Source: Candidatus Borrarchaeum weybense
Lineage (GTDB): Archaea; Asgardarchaeota; Sifarchaeia; Borrarchaeales; Borrarchaeaceae
NCBI GenBank assembly: GCA_019057385.1
Contig: JAHQJS010000006.1
Span: 64,001-128,000, forward strand
Reading direction: 5' to 3'
Length of the DNA: 64,000 nt
The position numbers and the translations under genes are program-made. Every line of letters starts with the position of its first letter. The stretch's first letter is position 1. The notes below the pieces were generated by a model, which worked only from the letters and a program-made list of their open reading frames with translations, was not told the origin of the DNA and searched no databases. Of the stretch, positions 60,541-64,000 are shown one piece after another.

Positions 60541-61458
60541 ATGCTGATTTTAATAACTGGCGGTGCTGGATTCATTGGAAGCCACCTGGCCTCAGAATTA
60601 CTAAAAAAGGGATACTCAGTCCGTATCATAGATAATCTATATACCGGAAAAAGAGAAAACGTTCCTAAAAACGCAGAATTCATCTTCGGAGATATAAGAA
60701 AAATAAACGATCTAAAAGATCTGCTAAAAGATGTAGAATGCATTTTTCATCATGCGGCACATGTAAGTGTTCCCGAATCAGTAAGAAACCCAATTCTAGA
60801 TTTTGATATAAATGTCAATGGGACTTTTTTTCTGTTAGAGGATGCTAGAAAACATGAAGTCGAAAAGTTCATTTTTGCTTCTAGTGCAGCAATTTATGGG
60901 ACAACGGGAGAGAAGATACCTGAAACGTTTGAAAAAAACCCTAAAAATCCTTACGGACTCAATAAATTGATAGCGGAAAAATATTGTCAGCATTATTACA
61001 GATTATATGGATTAAAGACAAATATTCTCCGATATTTTAATGTTTATGGACCAAAAAAAAGAGGAAATGCTGTGGATGTTTTTATACGCAACGCGTTGGC
61101 ACAAAGCCCCTTAAAAATTAATGGTGACGGTACACAATTTCGAGATTTTGTGCATGTGAGTGACGTAGTTGGAGCTACTATTTCATGTTTTTTGAGTGAT
61201 ATACACGGAGAGATTTACAATGTTGGAACCGGGATCGCAACAAAAGTTATTGATCTAGCTGAAAAAATTATTAAAGCAACAGGGACTAGTTCAAAGATTT
61301 TGTTCGAATCTCCACGACCAGGAGATATTAAAGGTATTACTTCTGATATTAAGAAGATACAAAGGGAATTATCATTTGTTCCACAGTACTCGATCGAAAA
61401 AGGTTTGTTGGAAACATTGCGCTTTTACAATGAAGAGAGTGCCCCTACGCTTTTGTAA
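60541..61458 (+). CDS. galE: UDP-glucose 4-epimerase-like extended SDR
   Basis: ITGGAGFIG, VSVPESV, ASSAAIYG, YGLNK, RYFNVYGP, RPGDI; GGAGG RBS. Confidence 0.8.
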   Translation: MLILITGGAGFIGSHLASELLKKGYSVRIIDNLYTGKRENVPKNAEFIFGDIRKINDLKDLLKDVECIFHHAAHVSVPESVRNPILDFDINVNGTFFLLEDARKHEVEKFIFASSAAIYGTTGEKIPETFEKNPKNPYGLNKLIAEKYCQHYYRLYGLKTNILRYFNVYGPKKRGNAVDVFIRNALAQSPLKINGDGTQFRDFVHVSDVVGATISCFLSDIHGEIYNVGTGIATKVIDLAEKIIKATGTSSKILFESPRPGDIKGITSDIKKIQRELSFVPQYSIEKGLLETLRFYNEESAPTLL

Positions 61459-61495
61459 AACCGCAAGTTCCTCGTCCGTCTTTAGGACGGATATT

Positions 61496-63289
61496 TCACA
61501 ATCGAGCGTATATCGTTACTTGTTCATCATAATAAATCCTATTCAGCCCGATTATATTATTTAAATCGGAATTGCTAACCTTGGGACTTAAAGAACTTAT
61601 GAAAACATAATATGTCTCCAGAATAGAATCATAATACTCAAATTTGCGGTATGGTCTCATCTGATAGACTGTTCTTGAACCCAATAAATAATATGAAAGC
61701 CAAAAGAAATTTGCTCCCATCTCTTGATTTGCGAGTACGGCTACTTGAGGTTCAGCATTACCTTCCAACCAATATGCTGCCTTAAACTCACGTGCTGTTA
61801 TTAAAGGGGGATAAAAATAGTCAAAGTAGACGACTGAAACGATATCATAACCACTCATTGATAAGCACATACTTAATACAATGAGACTGGATTTCCAATG
61901 TTTTCTAAATTTCTTAGTAAATAAGATATGTGTTAGAGCTAATCCTCCTAAAAATGATGCAGGAATAAAGGCAAATAAATAAAATCTTTCAGGAATACGG
62001 ACAAGAAAATACCAGAAGCCAAAAACTGGTCCTGACAGCAACCAAATTGCATAGATAGATATCAAAAAGGATGTGCCAAAAACATATTGTAAATCTCTTT
62101 TCTTTATAGAAAAATAGACGCCAATGAGAGCTAAGGCATCTGTAGTTACTGAAAAAAACCAGTTGTTTCCCAGTCGCGCTAGTGATATAACTGCAGGTAT
62201 TGGTTCAATAGGCTTAGTTATAGAAATTAAGAATCCAGGAAAATAAAATGAATAAATGATGGCCGCTACAAAAAATGGAATCATAGATGCTAGCCATTGG
62301 AATCCAATACTCTTTTTATGTTGCACAAAAAGGGCAGCGAGAGAATATGTTATCATTACAATAAAATACACTAAAAGGCATATTTCATGTGTTAAGGATG
62401 TTAATGCAAGGTAAAAAAATGCAAGAAATCCGAATAGGTATTTTCTGTGGGAATTGATGCATTTAATTGTAAAAAAAAGACTCCAAATTAAGAAATATAT
62501 GCCAAAAACATTTCGATATAGATCGCCAATAAGTCTAATTGATTCTGCACACATAGCAAAAAGAAAGGAACTTAAAATGCCTGTTTTTTCATTATTAGTT
62601 ATCTCAGTTGTCAAGAGGTAGAAAGGAATGATCGAAAGTGAATAAATTAATGGGATCACTAAACGAGGCATTATTATTAAATCCAGCCCATTTGACACAA
62701 GGAAAATGTAAAGAATGTAGAAGGGATTTCTAGGTAAGTTTTGTTCCCAGGCACTCGAAGAGAGTATCATTCTTCTGAAATATCGCGGAGTATCCCAACT
62801 TCCCGTTCGTGGATAATATCGAATGTATGTAAAATAAAATCTAATCAGGAAACTCAATAAGATTATCCACAATAGCATGAGAAATAGTCGTTTTTTCTCT
62901 ATTCGTCTATGAAACAGAGCAGTTGTTTGAGTATCTTTTTCAATTAATTTTGACATACCTTTAATTCCAAAGACAGTGATAAAGGGCACGCCAAGAGAAA
63001 GTACAACCATCGATAAAAACGGAGAAGACTGGAAAGTTCTCATAAGAATATAAATTATTGATATGGGAACAATCAAACTTATAGTAACTACGATAAGTTT
63101 TCTTTTGTTCTCTACTTTTGATAAAGAAATAGGTTTCGAAAAACCAGAAAACGACCCAGATTTAAGAGCAAATATGAATAATAGAACACCAAGTGCGAAT
63201 AGTTCGATAAATCGATATCTGTAAATGATATGAGCACTTATGACAGTTGTAAGAAAATCTTGAAGGTTTTCTATGACCATAAGAATCAT
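61496..63289 (-). CDS. Polytopic GT-C-like membrane protein with AglB-like C-terminal domain
   Basis: SWDTPRY, IRLIGDLYRNVFG, LTHE, PERF, EFKAAYWLEGN. Confidence 0.6.
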   Translation of the reverse strand: MILMVIENLQDFLTTVISAHIIYRYRFIELFALGVLLFIFALKSGSFSGFSKPISLSKVENKRKLIVVTISLIVPISIIYILMRTFQSSPFLSMVVLSLGVPFITVFGIKGMSKLIEKDTQTTALFHRRIEKKRLFLMLLWIILLSFLIRFYFTYIRYYPRTGSWDTPRYFRRMILSSSAWEQNLPRNPFYILYIFLVSNGLDLIIMPRLVIPLIYSLSIIPFYLLTTEITNNEKTGILSSFLFAMCAESIRLIGDLYRNVFGIYFLIWSLFFTIKCINSHRKYLFGFLAFFYLALTSLTHEICLLVYFIVMITYSLAALFVQHKKSIGFQWLASMIPFFVAAIIYSFYFPGFLISITKPIEPIPAVISLARLGNNWFFSVTTDALALIGVYFSIKKRDLQYVFGTSFLISIYAIWLLSGPVFGFWYFLVRIPERFYLFAFIPASFLGGLALTHILFTKKFRKHWKSSLIVLSMCLSMSGYDIVSVVYFDYFYPPLITAREFKAAYWLEGNAEPQVAVLANQEMGANFFWLSYYLLGSRTVYQMRPYRKFEYYDSILETYYVFISSLSPKVSNSDLNNIIGLNRIYYDEQVTIYARL

Positions 63290-63573
63290 CGAATCATTAC
63301 ATGGGACAATTTTTATTTGGAGATCAAAATTACTTAAAATATACCGCGATCTTGTAAAGAACTTATGTTAGATCCGATATTTATGAAATATATAAAAAGA
63401 TTTTGATAATTCTTATAGTTTAGTGGCTGAAATTATGAAATCTCAAACTATATTATTTCTGAGATAATAGAATCAAATATTCTAAACGTTGAGGCAGTTA
63501 GTAACAAAGTGATGAGATAATTATTCAATTTATGAAACGCAGGTTTAACATTCTATTGAGGGAAAAAAGTATA

Positions 63574-64000
63574 ATGAATATTCTTATGGTTACCCATCAC
63601 TTCTATGAACCTCCAGGCGGTAATTATTTCGGTATGAGGCTATCTCTCGAACTTGCCAAACGCGGTCACAATGTGTATGTCATCTGTTCTAAAGTGAGGA
63701 ATACAAAGGCCTATGAAGAATTTGATAGTGTAAAGGTTTTTAGAAAAAAACCCTTAATTTACATGCCCAATCTACCCTATGCTGCAACATTTATGGTATC
63801 TGAAATCTCTAGATACATTAAACACTTTAATATTGATATACTTCATGTTCATACAATTCATTATTTAAGCAGTCTCTCGGCTGCCATTGTTTCAAAGATA
63901 AAGGAGTTTCCATACCTCCTTTCAGTATTAGGCATGACACAGACATTTGATCGAAAGCTTGTGGACATTGTTTTTAAGATGTATGAGTCTACAATTAGTA
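63574..64000 (+). CDS. GT4 glycosyltransferase, N-terminal part (truncated by window end; not in ORF track)
   Basis: MNILMVTHHFYEPPGG...ELAKRGHNVYVI...DILHVH; the frame stays open to the window edge. Confidence 0.85.
   Translation, partial: MNILMVTHHFYEPPGGNYFGMRLSLELAKRGHNVYVICSKVRNTKAYEEFDSVKVFRKKPLIYMPNLPYAATFMVSEISRYIKHFNIDILHVHTIHYLSSLSAAIVSKIKEFPYLLSVLGMTQTFDRKLVDIVFKMYESTIS

Noticed and set aside
1-64000. Integron or shufflon explanation for the cassette-like shuffling
   Set aside because: No integrase or recombinase gene and no regularly repeated attC-like sites between genes were seen in this window.

Overview
An AT-rich, 64 kb cell-surface glycosylation island, most likely archaeal (inferred from GGTGA Shine-Dalgarno motifs, TATA-box promoters, AglB-like membrane proteins, a TIGR04076-type protein and a WecB with a C-terminal extension). 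It encodes about 8 GT2 and 11 intact GT4 glycosyltransferases (one a two-domain fusion), 7 polytopic GT-C-like membrane proteins, about 9 intact class I SAM methyltransferases, 2 sulfotransferases, 2 radical SAM/SPASM enzymes, a Wzm/Wzt ABC exporter, WecB, 3 NDP-sugar epimerases, a Gfo/Idh/MocA oxidoreductase, DUF362, DUF2304 and a CruF-like membrane hydratase. The locus was built by duplication and shuffling. Block 4.6-11.0 kb recurs in permuted order at 43.1-52.3 kb, with a near-identical internal tract, an in-frame deletion pseudogene and several relics. No transposase, rRNA, tRNA or CRISPR array was seen. Non-coding mobile remnants are present: a TnpB-less IS200/IS605 element that keeps an omegaRNA-like scaffold and a TATA box, a 51-bp left-end/right-end hybrid scar, and an unclassified GC-rich element with sub-terminal inverted repeats upstream of wzm that has a deleted second copy. 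The most promising novelties are (i) an expanded family of STT3/AglB-like GT-C proteins that keep the DPWF motif but lack WWDYG, (ii) a GT-C/GT4/CruF-like/GT2/radical SAM operon suggestive of isoprenoid-lipid modification, and (iii) the two orphan structured-RNA-like elements. All family assignments come from motif recognition by eye, not from database searches.
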